32,000 nt of DNA, from the NCBI RefSeq assembly GCF_000011465.1, contig NC_005072.1, positions 1,410,001 through 1,442,000 of the forward strand, given 5' to 3'. The translations under genes were made by a program, and so were the position numbers. The DNA is from Prochlorococcus marinus subsp. pastoris str. CCMP1986 (lineage in GTDB: Bacteria; Cyanobacteriota; Cyanobacteriia; PCC-6307; Cyanobiaceae). Shown here one piece after another: positions 20,338 through 29,033 of this stretch (position 1 is the first letter of the stretch; every line of letters begins with the position of its first letter). Under the pieces are notes generated by a model. That model ran no database searches and was not told where the DNA came from. It was given only the letters and a program-made list of their open reading frames with translations.

Positions 20338-23300
20338 ATGACTATCAGCGATAAAATCAGAGTTTATGAACTTTCCAGAGATCTAAAACTGGAAAATAAA
20401 GATATATTGGATGCTGCTCAAAAACTTTCAATATCAGTCAAAAGTCACAGCAGTTCAATAAGTTTAGAAGATGCGAAAAAAATTAAAAATCTTATAAATA
20501 AAAATTCAAGTAAAAAAATTCTTTCTGTAAGTAAATCTGCAATTAAAGCAAAAAATGAAAACCCAAAAAATAATGATAATAAAAATAATAAAAATTTTTC
20601 TAATCCCTCTCATCCAGAAAAGTTGTCAAAAGAAGGTTTAAATAAAAAACCCCTTTTAATAAAGCCTACTAATAAAGTAGTGAATTCATTAGTAAGCTCA
20701 AATATTAAAAATCCAAATCCCCCTACTATTGTCTCTAACCTCAAATCTCAAGCTCTTTCAAAAAATCAAAATAAAACTAATACTTCAGTAATAACAACTC
20801 CCAATCTAAAAGACAAAAAAAATCCAAGTGCTCTACAAGACAAAAAGCCTTTAAAAAACTCTTCAGGATCTCCCGCAAAAACTACTGCAAGGCCGCCTAT
20901 TCAACTAATTGAAAAACCAAAAAATTTGGCAAATTCCAATAGGAATATAAACGCAAACAAAATAAATAACTCAGTTAATCAAAAGGCTCAATCATTAAAT
21001 AGAGCTGATAATAATAAATTAAGTAGAGCTGATAATAATAATTTTCCTAAAAAGAACTTAAACAGTCCTAACGTAAAAAGTACTCCTGAACTAGTAGGTG
21101 CCCCGATTAGAAGGGAAGATCCTAAAATTAATACAAACAGGCCGAACTCTAATAGCAGGCAACCCTCATCTAATACACAAATTTCTGCAAATAGGCCAGG
21201 GGGGCAGAATAGGCAGGGTGTTCCAAATAGAGAAGGCGGTCCCTATAGACAGGGATCTCCTAATAGACCAGGAACTCCTTATAGACAAGGTGCTCCTAAT
21301 AGGCCAGGGGGGCAGAATAGGCAGGGTGTTCCAAATAGAGAGGGCGGTGGCCCCTATAGACAGGGATCTCCTAATAGGCCAGGAACTCCTAATAGGCCAG
21401 GAACTCCTTATAGACAAGGTGCTCCTAATAGGCCAGGAGGGCAGAATAGGCAGGGTGTTCCAAATAGAGAGGGCGGTGGCCCTTATAGACAGGGATCTCC
21501 TAATAGGCCAGGAACTCCTTATAGACAAGGTGCTTCTGGGATTAGAAAGCCAGTAGCACCCAATGAACTGATGCAGTTACAGAAAACCAATGCATCAAAT
21601 AAAGAAAAACCTAATATTTCTAATGTAAACAAACAAAAAATCGAAGGGGCCAATCAGAAGACAAAAGCACCTAATAGTCGTTTAAATACATCTCCTTCTC
21701 CTACGGCCAAGAAACCAGCTAGATCATTCGCAAGCAACACTAAGAAGCCTGGCAGAACAGATTGGGACGATAGTGCCAAGCTAGAAGCATTAAGAAATAA
21801 AAATCCACAGAAACAAAGACAAAAAGTTCATATTATTGGCGAAAATGATGATTCATTAACCTCTGAGACTAGCGGTTACTCAGGAGAAAAGGTTTCAATA
21901 CTATCAGCAAGTTTGGCTCGTCCAAAAAAAGAAAAGTCTGAAGAGATCAAATCACAAAAACCCTCAAAACAATTCAAGAAAAAGAAAAAAGAGACTACTA
22001 GGCAAAGACAAAAGAGAAGAGCTATGGAATTAAGAGCTGCGAAAGATGCAAAACAAGTAAGACCTGAAATGATAATAATACCTGAAGATAATTTAACAGT
22101 ACAAGAATTAGCCGATAAGCTTAGTCTTGAAAGTTCTGAAATAATCAAATCTCTTTTCTTTAAAGGTATTACGGCTACAGTGACTCAATCACTTGACTTA
22201 GCAACCATTGAAACAGTGGCTGAGGAATTTGGGGTCCCTGTTTTACAAGATGATGTTCAAGAGGCTGCAAAGAAAACAGTAGACATGATTGAAACCGATG
22301 ATATTGAAAGTCTCATCAAAAGACCTCCAGTCATCACAGTTATGGGACATGTCGATCATGGTAAAACAAGTCTTTTAGATTCCATAAGAGAATCCAGGGT
22401 AGCCTCTGGAGAAGCAGGTGGAATAACTCAACATATCGGAGCTTATCAAGTTGAATTTGAGCACGAATCAAAAAAGAAAAAGCTAACTTTTCTTGATACT
22501 CCAGGTCATGAAGCATTTACGGCCATGCGTGCAAGAGGTACAAAAGTTACTGACGTAGCGGTACTTGTTGTAGCTGCTGATGATGGTTGCAGACCTCAAA
22601 CACTTGAAGCTATTAGTCACGCAAGAGCAGCGAAAGTACCAATAGTTGTAGCCATAAATAAAATTGATAAAGAAGGTGCTTCTCCAGATAGAGTTAAACA
22701 GGAATTATCAGAAAAAGATCTAATTGCCGAAGATTGGGGTGGGGATGTAGTTATGGTGCCAGTCAGTGCAATCAAAAAACAAAATATTGATAAATTACTC
22801 GAAATGATCCTTTTGGTTTCTGAAGTTGAAGATCTCCAAGCAAACCCAGAAAGATTAGCTAAAGGGACAGTAATTGAAGCCCATTTAGATAAAGCCAAAG
22901 GTCCTGTTGCAACTTTATTAGTACAAAATGGCACATTAAAAGCTGGAGATGTTTTAGCCGCAGGTTCAGTCCTTGGTAAAATTAGAGCCATGGTCGATGA
23001 ACATGGTAATAGAATTAAGGAGGCGGGGCCTTCATGTCCAGTGGAAGCACTTGGATTTAGCGAAGTCCCAACAGCAGGTGATGAATTTGAAGTTTATCGT
23101 GATGAGAAATCTGCTAGAGCGATTGTTGGAGATAGAGCGACTGATGCAAGAGCAACAAAATTAGCCCAGCAAATGGCATCTAGGAGGGTAAGCTTATCAT
23201 CTTTATCTACTCAAGCAAATGATGGAGAACTTAAAGAATTAAATCTAATTCTTAAAGCAGATGTCCAAGGAAGTGTAGAAGCTATATTAGGTTCGTTAGA

Positions 23301-23847
23301 ACAATTACCAAAAAATGAGGTCCAAGTCAGAGTCTTACTCTCCGCACCAGGAGAAATAACCGAGACTGACATAGATCTTGCTGCTGCCTCTGGCTCAGTA
23401 ATAATAGGCTTCAACACATCATTAGCCTCTGGAGCCAAAAGAGCGGCCGACGCAAATGATGTTGATATAAGAGAGTATGAAGTCATTTATAAACTTCTAG
23501 AAGATATCCAATCTGCTATGGAAGGATTACTTGAACCTGATTTGGTGGAGGAATCTTTAGGTCAAGCTGAAGTAAGAGCAACATTTGCAGTTGGGAAAGG
23601 AGCAATTGCTGGATGCTACATACAAAGTGGTAAGCTTCAAAGAAATTGTTCTTTAAGAGTACTTAGATCCGATAAAGTAATATTTGAAGGTAATTTAGAT
23701 TCCCTGAAAAGATCGAAAGATGATGTAAAAGAAGTTAATACTGGTTTCGAATGTGGAGTTGGATGTGACAAATTCTCAACTTGGAGTGAAGGAGATATCA
23801 TTTCGGCATTCAAATTTGTAACAAAAAAAAGGACTCTAAATAAATAA
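20338..23847 (+). CDS. infB: Translation initiation factor IF-2
   Basis: 1169-aa ORF with an N-terminal IF2_N-like segment ([24 protein letters not shown]) and a second IF2_N segment ([25 protein letters not shown]). The GTPase motifs [20 protein letters not shown] and NKIDK are present, and domains II-IV follow. Confidence 0.97.
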   Translation: MTISDKIRVYELSRDLKLENKDILDAAQKLSISVKSHSSSISLEDAKKIKNLINKNSSKKILSVSKSAIKAKNENPKNNDNKNNKNFSNPSHPEKLSKEGLNKKPLLIKPTNKVVNSLVSSNIKNPNPPTIVSNLKSQALSKNQNKTNTSVITTPNLKDKKNPSALQDKKPLKNSSGSPAKTTARPPIQLIEKPKNLANSNRNINANKINNSVNQKAQSLNRADNNKLSRADNNNFPKKNLNSPNVKSTPELVGAPIRREDPKINTNRPNSNSRQPSSNTQISANRPGGQNRQGVPNREGGPYRQGSPNRPGTPYRQGAPNRPGGQNRQGVPNREGGGPYRQGSPNRPGTPNRPGTPYRQGAPNRPGGQNRQGVPNREGGGPYRQGSPNRPGTPYRQGASGIRKPVAPNELMQLQKTNASNKEKPNISNVNKQKIEGANQKTKAPNSRLNTSPSPTAKKPARSFASNTKKPGRTDWDDSAKLEALRNKNPQKQRQKVHIIGENDDSLTSETSGYSGEKVSILSASLARPKKEKSEEIKSQKPSKQFKKKKKETTRQRQKRRAMELRAAKDAKQVRPEMIIIPEDNLTVQELADKLSLESSEIIKSLFFKGITATVTQSLDLATIETVAEEFGVPVLQDDVQEAAKKTVDMIETDDIESLIKRPPVITVMGHVDHGKTSLLDSIRESRVASGEAGGITQHIGAYQVEFEHESKKKKLTFLDTPGHEAFTAMRARGTKVTDVAVLVVAADDGCRPQTLEAISHARAAKVPIVVAINKIDKEGASPDRVKQELSEKDLIAEDWGGDVVMVPVSAIKKQNIDKLLEMILLVSEVEDLQANPERLAKGTVIEAHLDKAKGPVATLLVQNGTLKAGDVLAAGSVLGKIRAMVDEHGNRIKEAGPSCPVEALGFSEVPTAGDEFEVYRDEKSARAIVGDRATDARATKLAQQMASRRVSLSSLSTQANDGELKELNLILKADVQGSVEAILGSLEQLPKNEVQVRVLLSAPGEITETDIDLAAASGSVIIGFNTSLASGAKRAADANDVDIREYEVIYKLLEDIQSAMEGLLEPDLVEESLGQAEVRATFAVGKGAIAGCYIQSGKLQRNCSLRVLRSDKVIFEGNLDSLKRSKDDVKEVNTGFECGVGCDKFSTWSEGDIISAFKFVTKKRTLNK
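21190..21537 (+). repeat. In-frame tandem repeat (three units of 108, 129 and 111 nt) inside infB
   Basis: Units at 21190-21297, 21298-21426 and 21427-21537 encode [17 protein letters not shown](G)[13 protein letters not shown](NRPGTP)YRQGA(P/S). By hand alignment the units differ by only a few substitutions, one 3-nt indel and one 21-nt internal duplication. Confidence 0.92.
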
Positions 23848-23851
23848 AAGC

Positions 23852-24091
23852 TTAATCTTCCTTATTTCTATCGAAGAAAAATAAGATAGGAAATAATGCA
23901 CAAGCTCCTAGTTGTATTAAAAGATTATTTTGCTGTATTTCATTCCCACTAGCAATTTTAGAAACCATTATTAGAAGACCTAAAAAAGCAGAACCAGAGA
24001 AGGCAATCCATAATATTCTCCTTAAACCTTTGAATGGAGCTTGAGTCTCCTTTAGTAACTTTTTTTTTAATTCAGGGTCAATTTTTGACAT
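23852..24091 (-). CDS. Small two-TM membrane protein (possibly DUF3493 / LPA1-REP27 C-terminal-domain family)
   Basis: 79-aa ORF: a charged N-terminus (KKKLLKETQAPFKGLRRIL), then two hydrophobic helices. The family name is from memory of the E..aP.rGlR motif and is not verified. Confidence 0.6.
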   Translation of the reverse strand: MSKIDPELKKKLLKETQAPFKGLRRILWIAFSGSAFLGLLIMVSKIASGNEIQQNNLLIQLGACALFPILFFFDRNKED

Positions 24092-24243
24092 TAATTCTTT
24101 AAAATATAAAATTAAGTCTATATGAAAAAACTAAAATTTAATATCGCCGACATAGTCGGTGGAACAGCAACTATTTCGTAAACATTAAGTCATTTGTTTA
24201 ATTCAAATTATCGGCATTTATCTAAAATAAGACAAACTTTTAT

Positions 24244-25791
24244 ATGTGGAAAATTAATTTCAAATTGTTTTTAAAATTACTTATATTTTTTCCATTAATT
24301 TTCTACTTTGGTAAAAGAAGTTACTTAGCTTATGATGAGGGATTCTATGCTTTACAGGCTAGATGGATATTGGAAAAAGGAAATTGGACAATTCCATTAT
24401 GGTGGGGAGATTTTAATTTAGATAGAACAATAGGTATACAATTTCTAATTGCCAAATCACAAGAAATATTTGGGGAAAATTTATTTGCAGCCTATTTACC
24501 AACAACTATTTCATCAATAGTGATGTTAATAATAACCCATAAATTACATGAAGAATTAATAGGTAAAAAGTTTGCAATCGCATCACCACTTATTCTTTCA
24601 ACAACTTTTTTGTGGTTTGATTATTCTCACTTAGCTACTCAAGATTTAATATACAGTTGCTTAGTGACTATTGGAATATTCTCCATTGTAAAAACAAACA
24701 GTAAAAAAGAATTAGTTTACATATCTCTTTTTGGAATTTGGATAGGTTTAGCTTTTATGATGAAGACTTTTCTAGTAGCGGTACCAATTACATCATTATT
24801 ACCCTATCTGATTAAAAAAAAATATATTTTTACTTCAAAATATTTTTGGCTTGGATTAATAATTGGTTTTATTCCATTCATTGTATGGTCAACATCAATA
24901 AATACATTTCTTGATAAAAATATTATTTTTCACCTTTTAGATAAATTTAATAATTTATCTGAAGAAAATACTTTTACAAATCCTTTTTACTATTATTTGT
25001 GGAACATACCAGTCACTTTTCTTCCATGGAGCATATTTTCCATTATTGGATTAGTTCATGGTTTAAAAAGCAAAAATTCACAAGGTTTTATTTTATTTTA
25101 CTTCCCCTTAATTCTAATAATTTTGATAAGTAGTTTTTCTACAAAAACGCCATACTATCCTTTACAAATCTCTTCTATACTATCCTTAAATGCATTTATA
25201 GGTATCAAGTATTTAATAGAAGAAAAAAGATTTAAATTTCTATTTATTTTTATATCGTCAAGAGTAATTCCATTATTAGTGGTAACGATAATTTTTATAT
25301 ATTTCCTCTTTCTCAAAGCTACGATAAATTTTAATCTCAGAGAAAATACATTTTTAATAAGTGGATTAATACTATTCGCATTGGCTTGGAGTTTTATCAA
25401 AAAAAGTCAACACTCCTCAAAAATGATTTCTATATTAATTATTGGACCCTATTTAATGACATCATGTTTTTTGCAATCAGGTCTTTTTACAGACCGATCA
25501 AGAGAAATTAGAGAAACTATGGAGAATATCTCCTCTTTGAAAACATCCAATAATCGAATAATTAAAGTTGATAAAAGCAGCATTATAAATACTACAACAC
25601 ACTCAAAAATTATTAGAATTGCTCTCTTAACACCTAATTTAGGCGAAGGGATCGATAATATCAAAACTTTAAAATCCTCAGAACTAGCTTGGTCCATCTT
25701 TCCAAAAGAAGATCAAACAAAAGATACCTCCATTAAAATTATTTATGAAAATGAAGTTATATTTCCTTGGAAATTAATCAAAAAAATCTAA
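24244..25791 (+). CDS. GT-C fold glycosyltransferase, ArnT/PMT-like (family 39/83), polytopic membrane protein
   Basis: 515-aa ORF, strongly hydrophobic with many predicted TM segments. The first loop has the YDEGFYALQA motif (DE-x-x-Y) characteristic of ArnT/PMT-type lipid-linked-sugar-dependent transferases. There is a soluble tail of about 100 aa at the C-terminus. Confidence 0.8.
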   Translation: MWKINFKLFLKLLIFFPLIFYFGKRSYLAYDEGFYALQARWILEKGNWTIPLWWGDFNLDRTIGIQFLIAKSQEIFGENLFAAYLPTTISSIVMLIITHKLHEELIGKKFAIASPLILSTTFLWFDYSHLATQDLIYSCLVTIGIFSIVKTNSKKELVYISLFGIWIGLAFMMKTFLVAVPITSLLPYLIKKKYIFTSKYFWLGLIIGFIPFIVWSTSINTFLDKNIIFHLLDKFNNLSEENTFTNPFYYYLWNIPVTFLPWSIFSIIGLVHGLKSKNSQGFILFYFPLILIILISSFSTKTPYYPLQISSILSLNAFIGIKYLIEEKRFKFLFIFISSRVIPLLVVTIIFIYFLFLKATINFNLRENTFLISGLILFALAWSFIKKSQHSSKMISILIIGPYLMTSCFLQSGLFTDRSREIRETMENISSLKTSNNRIIKVDKSSIINTTTHSKIIRIALLTPNLGEGIDNIKTLKSSELAWSIFPKEDQTKDTSIKIIYENEVIFPWKLIKKI

Positions 25792-25826
25792 TAGGTTAAT
25801 ATTAATTACGGTTAAATTTTCAAAAA

Positions 25827-26918
25827 ATGAAATCAGTAAATACTTGGAATTTAACAAACAATAAACTCCACCAATTATTTAAAGATGATAAAGAATTTAT
25901 TTCTCTTAAAGTAAGAGGTAATACTTGGGAACCAATTACAAGATGGCTTAGATTAGATTCCAGAATATTTAGGGAAACAACAAATACAGCAAGAATTACT
26001 TTATGTGATGTTGAATCATTAGCAGAAATCTATAATTACAGATCTATCAGATGGAAAGCAAAAAAATTAACTCCAATACAAACCAAATTATTTCCCCAGT
26101 CTATAAAAAATACTTTGCGAAAGTTACCAATAATTAAGCATCTTGCATTTGAAATAGAAATCACATTTTATAAATATCATGAAAATTTAAATGATCATTT
26201 GATTTCAATACTTATCCCTGCAAGAAATGAAGAAGGTAATAGAAAACTTTTAATCAAAGCACTAAATAAATTTAAAAAAATACCAAATAAAATCGAAATA
26301 ATATTTGTAGAGGGAAATAGTAAAGATAATACTTTTCAAATGTTGGAGGATCTTACTAAAGACTTCTCAAAAAACTATAAAATATCTCTTTTAAAACAAA
26401 CTTCGAAGGGAAAGAAAAACGCAGTTGTTGAAGGATTTAATATATCAACTGGAGATACTCTAGCAATTATTGATTCTGACTTAACCGTTGATATTGACGA
26501 TAGTATTGATGCTATTATGGAATCCACAAAAAATGAAAATATACTAATAAATTGCTCTAGGACAACTTTCCCAATGGAAAAAGATGCCATGAGATGGTCA
26601 AATTATATTGGTAATAGATGTTTTGCAATATTTTTATCAATTTTAATTAACAAGCCTATATCTGATTCGCTGTGTGGAACAAAAGTTTTCTCAAGGAAGT
26701 TTTTTAATTTGATGAAAAAAAATGGTAGTTGGGAATCAAAGTCAGATCCTTTTGGCGATTTTACAATAATCTTTGAAGCGGCCAATAATAATATTAAAAT
26801 CTTAAATTACCCTGTCAGATATTATGCAAGGCGGTCTGGAGCACCAAATATATCAAGATGGATAGATGGTATTAAACTTCTAAATGTTTGTTGGAAATAT
26901 ATGATTTCAGACATCTAA
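25827..26918 (+). CDS. Family 2 glycosyltransferase (polyprenyl-phosphate sugar synthase-like) with an uncharacterised N-terminal extension of about 125 aa
   Basis: 363-aa ORF. The GT2 signature ISILIPARNEEGN starts near residue 127. FVEGNSKDNT and the IIDSDLT (DxD) motif follow. Confidence 0.85.
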   Translation: MKSVNTWNLTNNKLHQLFKDDKEFISLKVRGNTWEPITRWLRLDSRIFRETTNTARITLCDVESLAEIYNYRSIRWKAKKLTPIQTKLFPQSIKNTLRKLPIIKHLAFEIEITFYKYHENLNDHLISILIPARNEEGNRKLLIKALNKFKKIPNKIEIIFVEGNSKDNTFQMLEDLTKDFSKNYKISLLKQTSKGKKNAVVEGFNISTGDTLAIIDSDLTVDIDDSIDAIMESTKNENILINCSRTTFPMEKDAMRWSNYIGNRCFAIFLSILINKPISDSLCGTKVFSRKFFNLMKKNGSWESKSDPFGDFTIIFEAANNNIKILNYPVRYYARRSGAPNISRWIDGIKLLNVCWKYMISDI

Positions 26919-27022
26919 CTGAAAATAGAGTTAAATTTTTTCATGATTAAATTTAAAAAAATCACAGAAAGGGTAATAAAATAGTTAGATTCTTAATATG
27001 AGATCATTTTAAAATCTCTTTT

Positions 27023-28642
27023 ATGTTGTTTAACTTTCCTTTAAAAAATTTAGCTAAAGAGACCAATAGAGAATCTTTTAGAAAAGTTCTCATTGTTAGA
27101 CTTCCATGCAACCCGATATTTCCGATAGGGCCTATTTATTTAGCGGATCATATTCATAAGTGTTTTCCTGAGATAGATCAACAATTCATAGATTTAGCAA
27201 TAGTACCGCTAAATAAAGTATCTAAATATCTAAAAAGAAAAATTGACCAATTCAGACCTCATATAATTGTTTATTCTTGGAGGGACATACAAATATACGC
27301 ACCAGTTGACGGAAGAAGTGGCAATCCTTTGCAAAACTCATTTGAAGTTTTTTATTCGAGTAATATTTTAAAAAAAATTAGAGGTGCTTGGGGAGGTCTA
27401 AAGTTAATAACATCACATTATGAAGAAATAAATAGAAATACATCCTTAGTAAAGATGGGTCTCAATAGAGCTCAAAAATACAACAAATCTGTAAAAGTGA
27501 TTTTAGGAGGAGGAGCTGTAAGCGTTTTCTACGAACAGCTAGGTAAGTTATTACCCAAAGGTACAATAATTTCTGTTGGAGAAGGTGAGAACCTTATCGA
27601 AAAAGTTCTTAAGGGTGATTCTATTATCGAAGAAAGATGTTATCTTGCTGGGCAAAAACCTAGAAATAAATTAATACATGAACAGCCATCAGGAACAATT
27701 AAAACAGCTTGTAACTACAAATATATTAAATCTATTTGGGCTGAGTTTGATTGGTACATAGAAGGTGGTGATTATTATGTAGGAGTTCAAACCAAAAGAG
27801 GTTGTCCACATAATTGTTGTTTTTGCGTTTATGGAGTTGTAGAGGGTAAAAAAGTTCGAGTTAATCCCGTAAATGAAATTATTGAAGAAATGAAGCAACT
27901 TTATGAGATGGGAGTTAGAGGTTTTTGGTTTACTGATGCTCAATTCATTCCAACAAAGAATCATATTCAAGATGCGAAGTTACTTCTTCAAGCTATAAAA
28001 GATCAGGGTTGGACCGATCTTAAGTGGGCGGCATATATTAGGGCCGATAACATTGACCGTGAATTAGCTCAATTAATGGTTGAGACAGGAATGAGTTATT
28101 TTGAGATCGGGATTACATCAGGATCTCAGGAACTTGTTAGAAAAATGCAACTCGCATATAACCTTAAAACTGTACTTGAAAATTGTAGAATGCTTGTTGA
28201 GGCAGGTTTTAGAAATCATGTCTCAGTGAATTACTCATTTAATGTTTTTGATGAAACCCCTAATACAATTAAACAAACAGTTGCTTATCATAGAGAGCTA
28301 GAAAATATATTTGGGAAAGGTTTAGTAGATCCAGCTATATTTTTTATAGGTTTACAACCACATACACTTTTAGAAAAGTATGCTCTTGAAAATAATATAT
28401 TAAAACCTAGTTACAATCCAATGAGTATGATGCCTTGGACAGCACGTAAACTTTTATGGAACCCTGGTCCTCTTGGTAAAAAACTGGGAGAGGTATGTTT
28501 AGAAGCTTTTGATAATAAAGATGACGAATTTGGAAAAACAGTTATTAATATTTTGGAAAGAAATTATGGTAAATCATCCTTAGATGATTCCCTAAAAGTT
28601 CGTAAATTATCAGAAAGAAAGCTTACTGCAGCAAAAGTTTAA
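27023..28642 (+). CDS. B12-binding-domain radical SAM protein
   Basis: 539-aa ORF with an N-terminal Rossmann-like segment (KVLIVRLPCNPIFPIGPIYLADHI) and the radical SAM cluster motif GCPHNCCFCVY (CxxxCxxC) at about residue 262. A TIM-barrel-like region follows. Confidence 0.85.
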   Translation: MLFNFPLKNLAKETNRESFRKVLIVRLPCNPIFPIGPIYLADHIHKCFPEIDQQFIDLAIVPLNKVSKYLKRKIDQFRPHIIVYSWRDIQIYAPVDGRSGNPLQNSFEVFYSSNILKKIRGAWGGLKLITSHYEEINRNTSLVKMGLNRAQKYNKSVKVILGGGAVSVFYEQLGKLLPKGTIISVGEGENLIEKVLKGDSIIEERCYLAGQKPRNKLIHEQPSGTIKTACNYKYIKSIWAEFDWYIEGGDYYVGVQTKRGCPHNCCFCVYGVVEGKKVRVNPVNEIIEEMKQLYEMGVRGFWFTDAQFIPTKNHIQDAKLLLQAIKDQGWTDLKWAAYIRADNIDRELAQLMVETGMSYFEIGITSGSQELVRKMQLAYNLKTVLENCRMLVEAGFRNHVSVNYSFNVFDETPNTIKQTVAYHRELENIFGKGLVDPAIFFIGLQPHTLLEKYALENNILKPSYNPMSMMPWTARKLLWNPGPLGKKLGEVCLEAFDNKDDEFGKTVINILERNYGKSSLDDSLKVRKLSERKLTAAKV

Positions 28643-28676
28643 AAGTATTAAAATTAATTTATTCGTAAGAAGATAA

Positions 28677-29033
28677 TTAATCTTCTTTTTCAATTGAACT
28701 TGATATTCCTTTTGATTTCAAAGATTCTGAATAAAATTCAGCCGGCTCAAGATCACATACAATAACTAAACCAACACCAGTATTATGAGCTTCAAGCATA
28801 ATAGAAATAGCATCTTGTTCGCTTAATTGTGGAACTACTTCTCTAAGTGCATTAGTAACATACTCCATTGAATTAACAGGATCATTGTGAAGTAAAACTT
28901 TGTATTTTGGTGATTTGTTTTTTAACGGGGCTGTTTTTTTCTCCAACACTGCTGCGTTATTATTTTCCCCTTTTTCAAACTTTATATTTGACATTACTTT
29001 TTGATTGTAATTACAAGAAAATCTATTAATCAT
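28677..29033 (-). CDS. clpS: ATP-dependent Clp protease adaptor ClpS
   Basis: 118-aa ORF with the ClpS core YKVLLHNDPVNSMEYVTNALREVVPQLSEQDAISIMLEAHNTGVGLV. The longest start (29033) overlaps the dapL stop as TAATG. An alternative start is MSNIKF at 28994. Confidence 0.9.
   Translation of the reverse strand: MINRFSCNYNQKVMSNIKFEKGENNNAAVLEKKTAPLKNKSPKYKVLLHNDPVNSMEYVTNALREVVPQLSEQDAISIMLEAHNTGVGLVIVCDLEPAEFYSESLKSKGISSSIEKED

Noticed and set aside
21190-21537. The infB tandem repeat as a possible CRISPR array or minisatellite mobile remnant
   Set aside because: The units are directly adjacent with no unique spacers, are much longer than CRISPR repeats, are in frame within infB, and no cas genes are present.
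21098-21556. ORFs 21098..21556 (+, alternative frame) and 21166..21528 (-) that cover the infB repeat
   Set aside because: The tandem repeat lacks stop codons in several frames, so open frames appear on both strands as an artefact of repetition. The products are themselves periodic ([12 protein letters not shown]..., SIRSSWPIR...). The IF-2 frame is continuous with conserved flanking domains.
21876-23486. Other ORFs within infB (21876..22148 -, 22617..22991 -, 22973..23164 +, 23211..23486 -)
   Set aside because: They are antisense or off-frame within the conserved GTPase and C-terminal domains of IF-2, with no independent support.
24122-24181. 19-codon ORF MKKLKFNIADIVGGTATIS in the intergenic region upstream of the GT-C gene
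   Set aside because: It is too short, has no hydrophobic or conserved character, and contains the GC-rich hairpin that is more simply read as an RNA/DNA element. Reported only as a hairpin observation.
25155-27970. Antisense ORFs in the glycosyltransferase and radical SAM genes (25155..25400, 25449..25697, 26375..26590, 26603..26785, 27689..27970, all minus strand)
   Set aside because: They are fully nested antisense to ORFs with clear family motifs. Their AT-rich, I/K/F/N/S-rich translations have no signatures.
28666-28691. Inverted repeat AAGAAGAT-AATTA-ATCTTCTT followed by TTT, as a bidirectional terminator between the radical SAM gene and clpS
   Set aside because: The stem has only two G-C pairs in 8 bp and overlaps the clpS stop and 3' codons. 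That stability is too low to call a terminator with any confidence in this AT-rich background.
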